Assembly (NCBI GenBank): GCA_021202895.1
Contig: JAJQCE010000029.1
Span: forward strand, 9,664 to 73,663
Source of the DNA: Ruminococcus sp.
GTDB lineage: Bacteria; Bacillota; Clostridia; Oscillospirales; Ruminococcaceae
Direction: 5' to 3'
DNA: 64,000 nucleotides
Numbering within the stretch: the stretch's first letter is position 1; each line of letters opens with the position of its first letter. Positions 1-9,417 of the stretch are shown here, in pieces. The notes under the pieces are model-generated. The model had not been told where the DNA came from. It ran no database searches and saw only the letters and a list, made by a program, of their open reading frames with translations. The translations under genes were made by a program, and so were the position numbers.

Positions 1-21
1 TACTACCATGCTTCTTACAAC

Positions 22-1269
22 TCAATCACGCCCATAAAGGTCGCGTGTATACACCTTATCTTTCACATCATCCAAATCAGAACTATATCGGTTCGCAATA
101 ATCGCCTGTGATTGTTCTTTGAATGCTGCTAAGTCATTAACGACCTTACTTCCGAAGAAGGTAGCCCCATCTTCGAGAGTTGGCTCGTAAACAATTACGG
201 TTGCTCCCTTAGCCTTGATCCGCTTCATAACACCCTGGATACTGCTCTGACGGAAGTTGTCACTATTGCTCTTCATCGTGAGCCTGTACACTCCAATCAC
301 ACATGACTTCTCAGCACCAGCTTCATAATCTCCCCGGTTGTAGTAATCGTAGTATCCTGCCATGTTCAGAACTCTGTCGGCAATGAAGTCCTTTCTTGTA
401 CGGTTGCTCTCTACAATCGCCTGAATCAAGTTCTCCGGCACATCTGCGTAATTCGCCAACAACTGCTTTGTATCTTTCGGCAGGCAATAGCCGCCGTAGC
501 CAAACGAAGGATTATTGTAGTGCGACCCTATACGCGGATCGAGGCAGACGCCTTCTATAATCTGCTGTGTGTTTAACCCTTTCATCTCAGCGTAAGTGTC
601 CAGCTCGTTGAAATAGCTGACTCTCAATGCCAGATAAGTGTTTGCAAACAGCTTTACGGCTTCTGCCTCAGTAAAGCCCATGATAAGGGTTTCTATATTC
701 TCTTTTATTGCGCCCTCCTGCAAGAGAGATGCGAATGTGTTAGCAGCCTTTACTAATCTTGCATTCTCCACATCTGTTCCAACTATGATTCGGGATGGGT
801 AGAGATTGTCATATAATGCCTTGGACTCACGGAGGAACTCTGGGCTGAAAATGATATTGTCACAATGAAACTTTTCCCGAACCGAAGCAGTGTATCCCAC
901 TGGAATTGTAGACTTTATGACCATGATGGCATCCGGATTATTTTCAATAACAAGTTTGATGACTGTCTCTACAGCAGATGTATCAAAGAAGTTCTTCTTG
1001 CTGTCATAATTTGTGGGTGCAGCAATGATAACGAAATCAGCATTCTTATATGCTGATGCCGCGTCCATTGTGGCAGTCAAATCCAACTCTTTTTCTGCCA
1101 AATATTTTTCTATGTACTCATCCTGAATAGGGCTTATCTTCTTATTTATAAGGTCAATCTTGCTCTGTATAATGTCCACAGCTGTGACCTTGTTATGCTG
1201 TGCCAAAAGAACAGCAAGGCTCAAACCCACATATCCGGTTCCGGCAACTGCAATGTTTAAATTACTCAT
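22..1269 (-). CDS. ugd: UDP-glucose 6-dehydrogenase
   Basis: Rossmann GTGYVG, SPEFLRE and catalytic [10 protein letters not shown] motifs; 415 aa. Confidence 0.95.
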   Translation of the reverse strand: MSNLNIAVAGTGYVGLSLAVLLAQHNKVTAVDIIQSKIDLINKKISPIQDEYIEKYLAEKELDLTATMDAASAYKNADFVIIAAPTNYDSKKNFFDTSAVETVIKLVIENNPDAIMVIKSTIPVGYTASVREKFHCDNIIFSPEFLRESKALYDNLYPSRIIVGTDVENARLVKAANTFASLLQEGAIKENIETLIMGFTEAEAVKLFANTYLALRVSYFNELDTYAEMKGLNTQQIIEGVCLDPRIGSHYNNPSFGYGGYCLPKDTKQLLANYADVPENLIQAIVESNRTRKDFIADRVLNMAGYYDYYNRGDYEAGAEKSCVIGVYRLTMKSNSDNFRQSSIQGVMKRIKAKGATVIVYEPTLEDGATFFGSKVVNDLAAFKEQSQAIIANRYSSDLDDVKDKVYTRDLYGRD

Positions 1270-1284
1270 CTAACATATACTCCT

Positions 1285-2157
1285 TTACTTCCCTCTCACC
1301 ATAGCCAGCCATATGAACTTAAAGTTCGTATGCCAGTACTTTGAAAACAGTCTTTTCGGTTCCTGTATCAATCTATAGACCCATTCCAGGTTGTGCTTCT
1401 GCATCCATTCCGGCGCACGGTTTATGTTTCCAGCATAGTAGTCGAAACCGGCTCCCACACCGACCATAAGGCCGTTCACTCGCCCCAAATGCTCGTACAT
1501 CCATTTCTCCTGTTTCGGGCAGGACAGCCCCACCCACACGAAATCTGGTTGAAGTTCGTTAATTCTCTCCACAATCAGCCGATCCTCTTCTTCTGTGGTA
1601 GGACGAAATGGCGGGCTGTACATCCCCACGATATCTATACTAGGGTACTGATCCAGTAGCTTCTCGCGGAGCTTTTCAAACGTAGAATCCGTTGAGCCGT
1701 AGAAGAAGTGCTTTAGAGGACGATTTTGACTCATCTTAAAAATCTCACCCATGTAGCTCGGTCCAGTAGTTCTCTGCATCTTCTTATACCCACGATGCCG
1801 CCCTACTGTGGACAACGGACCTCCGTCCGGCATGCACAAAGCAGAACTGTTCAGAATTTTGCAGAATTCCGGATCGTTGTATGCAGTCACATCAGAGTAC
1901 ACGTTGACCACACACATATAGTCACCTTTTAACTTTTCGATGTTCTTGTTGGTATATTTCAGCAGCCAATTCATATCAATTGCCGCTATGTCTACCCCTA
2001 AGATTTTGCAAGTGGGGATTTTAGATTTGTCTATTTTGCGCTTGAATTCTGCGCTATTTTCATATGTATTTATTTTCTGTGTGCTGTCCGCACCAGGTAT
2101 TTTATCTGCGCTTTTAATCTCCACGCTATTTGTTGTCCCTTTACTTGGCATCTTCAT
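1285..2157 (-). CDS. WecB/TagA/CpsF family glycosyltransferase
   Basis: DGGP, FFYGS, SPPFR, PDFVWVGLSCPKQE and GVGAGFD...RAPEWMQ motifs; start uncertain (2151, 2157 or 2181). Confidence 0.88.
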   Translation of the reverse strand: MKMPSKGTTNSVEIKSADKIPGADSTQKINTYENSAEFKRKIDKSKIPTCKILGVDIAAIDMNWLLKYTNKNIEKLKGDYMCVVNVYSDVTAYNDPEFCKILNSSALCMPDGGPLSTVGRHRGYKKMQRTTGPSYMGEIFKMSQNRPLKHFFYGSTDSTFEKLREKLLDQYPSIDIVGMYSPPFRPTTEEEDRLIVERINELQPDFVWVGLSCPKQEKWMYEHLGRVNGLMVGVGAGFDYYAGNINRAPEWMQKHNLEWVYRLIQEPKRLFSKYWHTNFKFIWLAMVRGK

Positions 2158-2599
2158 CCCCCACACATACCTTTGTGGCAAAATTCTCGGTGTCCCATCT
2201 ATCAGTAACAGCTGCGGTTTCCCACAGCACTTTTTCTATCTTCATCCGCACTTCCGCACGGTCTATTTCTCTACTCCTGCCCCTTTTTCTCATTCATCCA
2301 AGCACTTTCAAGCCCTTGTTATGTGCAAAAGGTTTTATATTATGTCAAGACACGGAGTGAGCATATATGAGAAGCCTATTTTTTTGTCTCATATAATTCT
2401 CCTACCACTGCTTCCTTATCATCTGCCACACTCTTATCAAATCTATCCTCACCTGGCACAGCCGTAATGTCCCCTTTTTCAATAGCCGCTTACTGCTCCC
2501 CTCTCTTGTTATGTGTTTTTTTTCTGTACAGCTCTGTGGTTATCTAACACATTTTAATGCGATTTTAAAATCATAATTGTTCCGCAAATATCAAAATAG

Positions 2600-3916
2600 T
2601 CAGCTCTGAAGCTCGAATTTCTGCTTGTCGTATACGCTGATTCCCTCGCCAATCTGTACCTCTATAAGCTTCAGCTCGGTAATAGCGGCAACTGTGTGCC
2701 GACATCCCGCACACATTTTAATGACATCTCCCACTGTAACAGATGTTTCAACTCCATCTATTGTGACAATTCCTTCTCCATTTATCACATTCCATATCTC
2801 ATCACGCATCCGATGACTGTGATAATTCATGCTGTGACCTGGATTCAATGTCACTTTAATTGTCATACAGTTTTCTTCTACATCAAGCACACGGAAGCTA
2901 CCCCATGATTTTTCTGCAAACATTATTTGCTGATCAATGGCGTCAACATATGGCTTTATGTAGCTTGACTGCTCTTTGTCTGATACTAGTATCCCTTCAG
3001 GACTTGCCGAAACTATAACATCTTTCAAACCCATACAAACGATAGGAATATTCAGATCGTTGACAACATTAACATTTTCACAGGTTTCATTAACAATAAC
3101 ATTGTCAAGCTCTGGATCATCCATTGCTTCAGTCAATGTGTTCCATGTTCCAAGATCTCTCCACTGACCCGAAAAGCGCATTACCTGAATTTCATTTTCC
3201 TGCTCTGCTACCGCATAGTCAAAGCTGATTTTTGTCAGCATATCGTATTTATTAAATAAGTCTTCATAGTCCGTGAAATCCATCAGCTCATGCGCTTTAT
3301 CTAACACATATTTTAGTTTATAAGCAAACACTCCGCCGTTCCAAAGTGCACCGCAGGAGATATACTTTTTAGCAGCTTCTACATCTGGCTTCTCTTTGAA
3401 AGTTTTCACTTCGCATATATCACCTGAAGAATCTGGGATAATATAACCATACTTTTCGCTTGGATAGGTCGGTTCAATTCCCATCAGAACAAGCTTTGCC
3501 TCGCCCTTTGAAGCCTGCTTTGCCAAAAGCTTTAGTGCTTCAAAATAGTCATCCTCAACGTAAGGGTCAACTGGGGAAACAACTACAGTTTCATCATCGC
3601 TTATTCCTTTTACGTCATGAAGATATGCAGACGCAAGCGCAATTGCTGGGAAAGTGTCCTTTCTGCAAGGCTCTACACTGATTTCTACCTCGTCGCCAAG
3701 CTGATTGCGAATAGCAGAAACCTGCGTCTTGGATGTTGCTATTGTCACTGACGCATCAGAATCCGCCTGTTTGATCTGACGATAAACACGCTGAAGCATC
3801 GATTCATAGCTTCCGTCCTCTGCTTTAAAAATTTTTATAAATTGTTTGGAGCGAACATCATTTGACAATGGCCACAGCCGCTTGCCTGAGCCGCCCGATA
3901 GCAGGATAATATTCAT
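2600..3916 (-). CDS. manC: Mannose-1-phosphate guanylyltransferase with C-terminal cupin (mannose-6-P isomerase type 2) domain
   Basis: ILLSGGSGKRLWPLS, FKEKP, WNGG, DLGTW; C-terminal EKSWGSF...SMNYHSH cupin. Confidence 0.9.
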   Translation of the reverse strand: MNIILLSGGSGKRLWPLSNDVRSKQFIKIFKAEDGSYESMLQRVYRQIKQADSDASVTIATSKTQVSAIRNQLGDEVEISVEPCRKDTFPAIALASAYLHDVKGISDDETVVVSPVDPYVEDDYFEALKLLAKQASKGEAKLVLMGIEPTYPSEKYGYIIPDSSGDICEVKTFKEKPDVEAAKKYISCGALWNGGVFAYKLKYVLDKAHELMDFTDYEDLFNKYDMLTKISFDYAVAEQENEIQVMRFSGQWRDLGTWNTLTEAMDDPELDNVIVNETCENVNVVNDLNIPIVCMGLKDVIVSASPEGILVSDKEQSSYIKPYVDAIDQQIMFAEKSWGSFRVLDVEENCMTIKVTLNPGHSMNYHSHRMRDEIWNVINGEGIVTIDGVETSVTVGDVIKMCAGCRHTVAAITELKLIEVQIGEGISVYDKQKFELQS

Positions 3917-3945
3917 AACGAAATACCCCTTCTGTATGATTAAAT

Positions 3946-4890
3946 CTATCTTTCAGCCCGCATGGGGTTATTCAAAAAATCATCATAGGAAAATCTGATT
4001 CCATCCTCAAGCTCTGTCTTGTAAGTCCACCCAAGAGCCTTTGCTTTGCCAACGTCCAGAAGCTTTCTTGGCGTTCCATTAGGCTTGCTTGTATCCCAAC
4101 GAATTTCACCTGTGTATCCGACTACTTTAGCTACAAGCTCTGTCAGCTCTTTAATTGTCAGTTCCTTGCCCGTTCCTGCATTTACTGTTTCATTGCCACT
4201 GTAATTGTTCATCAGAAACACGCATAAATTCGCCAGGTCGTCAACATACAAAAACTCACGAAGCGGAGAACCATCGCCCCAACAGGTTACATATTCTTTG
4301 CCCTCAAGCTTTGCCTCGTGGAAACGGCGGATAAGTGCAGGAAGCACGTGAGAATGTGTAGGGTGATAATTGTCGTTCGGGCCGTAAAGATTAGTCGGCA
4401 TCACCGATATGTAATCTGTACCATATTGACGATTAAGAAATTCGCAATATTTAAGACCTGAGATTTTCGCCAGCGCATATGCTTCGTTCGTCTTTTCGAG
4501 CTCGCTTGTCAAAAGGCAGCTCTCCTTCATAGGCTGCGGAGCCATACGAGGATAGATGCAAGAAGAACCGAGAAATTCCAGCTTTTTGCAGCCGTTCTGC
4601 CATGCGGCATGAATAACATTCATCTCAAGAATCATATTGTCATACATAAAATCTGCAAGTGCGCTCTCATTTGCAACAATTCCGCCCACCTTTGCCGCCG
4701 CCAGGAACACATACTCAGGTTTTTCCTCAGCAAAGAACGCTTCAACAGCACTTTGCCTTGTAAGATCAAGCTCTTTGTGTGTACGGGTAATTATGTTGGC
4801 ATATCCTTGCCGCTCAAGCTCACGCACAATAGCGGAACCAACCATCCCCCGATGACCGGCAACATATATTTTTGCGTTCTTATTCATCAT
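3946..4890 (-). CDS. fcl: GDP-L-fucose synthase
   Basis: VAGHRGMVGSA, FLGSSCIYP, YALAK, PTNLYGPNDNY, WGDGSPLREFL. Confidence 0.95.
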   Translation of the reverse strand: MMNKNAKIYVAGHRGMVGSAIVRELERQGYANIITRTHKELDLTRQSAVEAFFAEEKPEYVFLAAAKVGGIVANESALADFMYDNMILEMNVIHAAWQNGCKKLEFLGSSCIYPRMAPQPMKESCLLTSELEKTNEAYALAKISGLKYCEFLNRQYGTDYISVMPTNLYGPNDNYHPTHSHVLPALIRRFHEAKLEGKEYVTCWGDGSPLREFLYVDDLANLCVFLMNNYSGNETVNAGTGKELTIKELTELVAKVVGYTGEIRWDTSKPNGTPRKLLDVGKAKALGWTYKTELEDGIRFSYDDFLNNPMRAER

Positions 4891-4945
4891 TATCTGATAA
4901 CTCCCTTTTTTCGAGATATTCTTACAAATTCCAGCAAATACGCTC

Positions 4946-5979
4946 TTAAGCCCTTTCCGCTTTCACTTTTTTCATGTCATGCTCAACCATAAGCTTAACT
5001 AGCTCTTCAAAGCTTGTCTTTACTGGATTCCAGCCAAGCTCTTTCTTTGCTTTAGTTGGATCTCCCCAAAGATTAACTACATCAGTCGGGCGGTAGAAAT
5101 CTGGACTAACCTCAACCAACACTTTTCCAGTCGCCTTGTCAATTCCCTTTTCATTCATCTCTTCACCTTGCCACTCAAGCTCGATTCCCACATAGCGGAA
5201 AGCAAGAGTTGCAAATTCCCTGACGGAATGCTGCTCACCAGTTGCAATTACAAAATCCTCAGGAGTATCATGCTGTAAAATAAGCCACATACACTCAACA
5301 TAGTCCTTGGCATAACCCCAGTCACGCAGCGAGGAGAGGTTGCCAAGATAAAGCTTGTCCTGCTTTCCCTGAGCAATTCTTGAAGCTGCAAGTGTAATCT
5401 TCCTTGTTACAAATGTTTCACCGCGTCTTTCAGATTCGTGATTGAAAAGAATACCCGAACAGCAAAACATATTGTACGCTTCTCTATATTCCTTGGTTAT
5501 CCAAAATCCATACTGCTTTGCAACTGCATAAGGGCTGTAAGGATGAAACGGCGTATTTTCATTCTGCGGCACTTCCTCAACCTTTCCATAAAGTTCTGAG
5601 GTAGATGCCTGATAAATTCTGCAGGTGTCCTTTAACCCAGTTAAACGAACCGCTTCTAAAATACGCAAAACACCTGTAGCATCAACATCCGCCGTAAATT
5701 CCGGCACATCAAAGCTTACCTGCACATGACTCTGTGCTGCAAGATTATATATTTCATCTGGGCGCACAGCTCCGATCACAGACACAAGGCTCATTGAATC
5801 GCCTAAATCTCCAAAATGAAGATGGAAATTCTCTGTACCCTCCAGGTGCGCTATACGCTCACGGTAATCTACAGACGACCGCCGAATGATGCCATGTACT
5901 CATATCCTTTTTCCAAAAGAAACTCCGCCAAAAATGAGCCGTCCTGTCCTGTGACACCTGTGATAAGCGCTTTTTTCAT
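4946..5979 (-). pseudogene. gmd: GDP-mannose 4,6-dehydratase with a 1-nt deletion near 5899
   Basis: ATG at 5979 gives [27 protein letters not shown], then GAG-TAC instead of GAG-GTA-CAT leads to TAG at 5869-5871; the other frame continues HGIIRRSS...YNLAAQSHV...QASTSELYG to the stop at 4946. Confidence 0.9.
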
Positions 5980-6218
5980 ATTTACCCTACTCTCTATTTA
6001 TTCATTATTGCTTTATAAGTCCTCTTCCCATATACGAAATAAGTGCTGAACGCTTAAGCGCAAAGCTTTTCATAATTAATCAAGTCAAGAAAAATATATT
6101 ACAAAAGTCTCTAAACACAATCAGCGTTTTATGTTTCAAATTTTTTATCCAGGCGCAGACAATCATCAATTTATATGCGAAATTCTGTTTTTGCGTTCCT
6201 AGATAATCCTACTATATC

Positions 6219-6247
6219 ATTATACCATACTTCACCCCTTGCGTCAA
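6219..6247 (-). promoter_or_regulatory. sigmaA promoter of the gmd-fcl-manC operon
   Basis: TTGACG-17 nt-TATAAT with TGn extension on the minus strand. Confidence 0.75.
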
Positions 6248-6431
6248 GTGGTGAATTTTAATTATTTACAATTCGGCAATTTGTAATATGAATTCTTAAC
6301 AATCTCAGCCGTAATTAGTCATATTGTGCAAAAATTGTCTGGTTATTTGCTGCAAAAAACGTCAGACTTTTTGTGTATATTAACGAATTTTTAATTAAAA
6401 ATAGAAAAAAGTGATTTTGTCCCCAATAAAA

Positions 6432-6455
6432 ATGCGGCATGATTTTTTGCCGCAT
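6432..6455 (-). terminator. Intrinsic terminator of the Y-family polymerase gene
   Basis: ATGCGGCA/TGCCGCAT 8-bp stem followed by TTTTATT on the minus strand. Confidence 0.65.
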
Positions 6456-6460
6456 CATTC

Positions 6461-7948
6461 TTATGCTCTGTGACCGCCGATTTGACGATTTCTGCTTGTT
6501 GCTGTCGCTCCCTTTTCCAAGCTTATGCCTTTTATTATTGAGTTTTTTCCAAATCTATTTTTTATTCCCGTAACAGCAGTCTGAAGCTGCTTTTCATGCT
6601 CTTTTTTTTGCTCAAGCTTTAGCTGAATATCAATGCCGCTGAATAAATCAAGCTGCATTACCTGATCATTTTTACTGCTTTCACAGACTGTATTTTCAGC
6701 AGACATTGTAATTCTTCTTATTAAAAGATTTTTATTCTCCACTTGCTTAAACAGCCTACACGCAGCCTTGGTTATTTCCATTGACGACGCAGTTTTAGTG
6801 CTGATTCCAATTGTTCCATGAAAATGCTTTGGGATTATCCTGCCGTACATATCCGCAACCGTTTCACCTTGATAGCTTATTTTTGGATTGCTTATATTTT
6901 CAACATCGTATCCTATTGTGAGTGTAAGCTTGTCTGTAACAAGCCTTTTCTCACTTAGCTCATATGCCAGAGCGTCCGCCATTTCCTTTACTATCAGCAG
7001 CGCTTTTTCATATTCGTAAGGCTCCTGAAGCACCTGACCTGATGAAATACTGCTGCTCTTTGCTTTGTATGACTTTATATCCGCTATTTCAGTCGGTTCA
7101 TAACCCCACGCATGGTCAATCAGCAGCTCGGCGTTTACTCCGAAAACTTTGTATAAATAATCTTCATATTTCAATGAAAATTCTGCTATATCTCCCATAG
7201 TGTAAAGTCCCATTTCCTCAAGCTTCTTTGAATATCCTCTGCCGATTCTCCAAAAATCTGTAAGAGGGCGGTGATTCCACAGCTCTTTGCGATAGCTATG
7301 CTCATCTAATTTCGCAATTCTCACACCATTTTCATCCGGCAGTCTGCGCTTTGCAACTATATCCATAGCCACCTTAGACAAATAAAGATTAGTTCCTATT
7401 CCGGCAGTGGCAGTAATTCCCGTTTGCTTTAAAATATCTTTGATAATTATCATTGCAAACTCCTGAGCACTTAAGCCATTTGCTAAAATATAGCCTGTTA
7501 TATCAATAAAAACCTCGTCAATCGAATAAACATGAATATCCTCCTCAGAAACATATTTGAGATATATTTTGTAAATTTCTGTGCTGTAATGTATATACAG
7601 TGCCATTCTTGGCACGGCGGCGATATAATCGGCTTCAAGCTCGCTGTGATTATAAAGCTCTTCAGCGTCAAAAGACTTACCTTCAAAGCTTTTGTCAGGT
7701 GTTTTTTCAAGGCGTTCACGATTTACATCTCTCATCTTCTGCACGACCTCAAACAGCCTTGCTCTTCCTCCTAATCCATATTGTTTCAAGGATGGCGAAA
7801 CTGCCAGACATATTGTCTTTTCAGTGCGGCTTGCATCAGCTACAACAAGATTAGTTTTCAGCGGATCAAGACCACGCTCAACGCACTCTACCGATGCGTA
7901 AAAGGATTTTAAATCTACAGCTAGATAAGTTCTCTCCACTCTCAACAC
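6461..7948 (-). CDS. Y-family (DinB/UmuC/ImpB-like) error-prone DNA polymerase
   Basis: AVDLKSFYASVEC, YSIDEVFID, TATAGIGTNLYLSKVAMD, FWRIGRG, C-terminal KNRFGKNSI. Confidence 0.93.
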   Translation of the reverse strand: MLRVERTYLAVDLKSFYASVECVERGLDPLKTNLVVADASRTEKTICLAVSPSLKQYGLGGRARLFEVVQKMRDVNRERLEKTPDKSFEGKSFDAEELYNHSELEADYIAAVPRMALYIHYSTEIYKIYLKYVSEEDIHVYSIDEVFIDITGYILANGLSAQEFAMIIIKDILKQTGITATAGIGTNLYLSKVAMDIVAKRRLPDENGVRIAKLDEHSYRKELWNHRPLTDFWRIGRGYSKKLEEMGLYTMGDIAEFSLKYEDYLYKVFGVNAELLIDHAWGYEPTEIADIKSYKAKSSSISSGQVLQEPYEYEKALLIVKEMADALAYELSEKRLVTDKLTLTIGYDVENISNPKISYQGETVADMYGRIIPKHFHGTIGISTKTASSMEITKAACRLFKQVENKNLLIRRITMSAENTVCESSKNDQVMQLDLFSGIDIQLKLEQKKEHEKQLQTAVTGIKNRFGKNSIIKGISLEKGATATSRNRQIGGHRA

Positions 7949-8013
7949 CCCTCTCGACGATATTTTCGCTTATACACTGCCGTTCTCTTACTGCTTTAAA
8001 ATTGCAGCTTAAA

Positions 8014-8066
8014 GAACATATGATTCCTTCTAATTCTATTATATCACGAACATATGATTCTTTCAA
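8014..8066 (-). promoter_or_regulatory. sigmaA promoter with two identical SOS-box-like 13-mers
   Basis: -35 TTGAAA (8061-8066), 17 nt, -10 TATAAT (8038-8043); GAACATATGATTC at 8014-8026 and 8048-8060. Confidence 0.75.
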
Positions 8067-8252
8067 GGGTTGAAAGAAACAAACGTGCTTATTTTACAAA
8101 AAATTCACAAAATTCATATTTGAGCTAAATTAGTTTTCCCCATCAGTTCAATTGTATTCAATGCACAAAAAAACACCTGCATATTTGCAAAAAGCAAATA
8201 ATACAGGTGTGCAATTTACGTTTTTTTAAAGTAAAGCTATCCTATGTGATTT

Positions 8253-8831
8253 TCAGATTTTCACAATAGTTCCCATCTGATTTCTTCCTGCGCCCACTGC
8301 GTTAGACTCATCTGTGTCAATGTGCATAGCTCTGACATAGCTTTCGCTCACGCGACATACTGTATCGCCTAAAATTGCGCTTCTGTTTTCCGAATCAATT
8401 TTAACTGCTACAATTTCACCGTTTGTAACTCCCAGCTCCTCAGCATCGGCAGGGGTAAGGTGGATATGACGCTTAGCTACGATAACGCCCTCTTTAACCT
8501 CGACCTCTCCGCAGGGTCCAACCAGCTTACAGGCTCCTGAGTCCTTAACATCTCCCGACTCTCTTACAGGAGCGGCAATTCCGATTGAACGAGCGTCTGT
8601 CGCTGAAAGCTCAATCTGATCAGCACTGCGGCAGGGTCCTAAAATCGATACGTTAGGCAGCTCCTTTTTAGGTCCTACAACGGTAACTCTTTCCTCACAG
8701 GCAAACTGTCCGGGCTGGGAAAGATCCTTCTTTTTAGTAAGCTCATGACCCTCACCGAAAAGCACTGCAAGTGTTTCCTTTGTTACGTGGACGTGTCTTG
8801 CGGACGTTTCAACAATAAATTCCTTTGACAT
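8253..8831 (-). CDS. pduL: Phosphate propanoyl/acetyltransferase PduL
   Basis: VETSARHVH, LSQPGQF, VIVAKRHIHL, MHIDTDE; RBS GAAAGGAAG before ATG 8831. Confidence 0.92.
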   Translation of the reverse strand: MSKEFIVETSARHVHVTKETLAVLFGEGHELTKKKDLSQPGQFACEERVTVVGPKKELPNVSILGPCRSADQIELSATDARSIGIAAPVRESGDVKDSGACKLVGPCGEVEVKEGVIVAKRHIHLTPADAEELGVTNGEIVAVKIDSENRSAILGDTVCRVSESYVRAMHIDTDESNAVGAGRNQMGTIVKI

Positions 8832-8993
8832 AAAATTTAACTTCCTTTCAAAAATTTTTTCATTGTCAGCAAATTTCACCGCACAAAAATCACAAAGTGC
8901 GATAAACATCTAACAGGACATCTCTATAAGACACTGCCAAAGTAATGCAGTGACAATTTGCCGCAGATGTGCGTCAAGAGATGCCCTATATAT

Positions 8994-9022
8994 ATTTTAC
9001 TACTATTTCGGACTAAAATCAA
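8994..9022 (-). promoter_or_regulatory. Probable sigmaA promoter of pduL
   Basis: TTGATT-17 nt-TAAAAT. Confidence 0.5.
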
Positions 9023-9040
9023 GTCCTTTTTCACATTTTT

Positions 9041-9317
9041 TTACTTTGCAGCCTTGTTTTTTTCCATGCTTAAGATTTCATACTTACGCTTTGTAGCCAT
9101 GCCTCCTCTGATATGACGTTCCTGCTTATTGATTTCAAGAAGCTTTTCAACCTCCTTGTAAAGCTCAGGCGAAAGCTCGGGCAGCTTTTCACGAATATCT
9201 TTATGTACCGTTGGATTTTGAAATACCAAACTGCTTTGCAGCTTTTCTGACGGTTGCGTCATTTCTTACCATATACTCACCGAGCATTATAGGTCGGCAC
9301 TTATCAGTAAGACTCAT
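9041..9317 (-). pseudogene. spoIIID: Stage III sporulation transcription factor SpoIIID with a +1 frameshift at 9211-9212
   Basis: Frame 1 ends ATVRKAAKQFGISKS-NGT*; frame 2 continues TVHKDIREKL...ERHIRGGMATKRKY; removing one A gives a 91-aa SpoIIID. Confidence 0.88.
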
Positions 9318-9417
9318 AATTTCACCCCAAAACATATATTTTTTGTGTAATTTAAATATATGCTTTGAGGCATAAGAATATGACAAAAAAGCGGCAGATA
9401 TGCTCTGCCGCTGAATA

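Noticed and set aside
1940-2467. Plus-strand 175-aa hydrophobic ORF and the many other antisense ORFs in the track
   Set aside because: They lie opposite well-supported genes and lack RBS or motifs; typical shadow ORFs.
6461-7948. Y-family polymerase as the marker of an ICE or prophage
   Set aside because: No conjugation, integrase or phage genes flank it.
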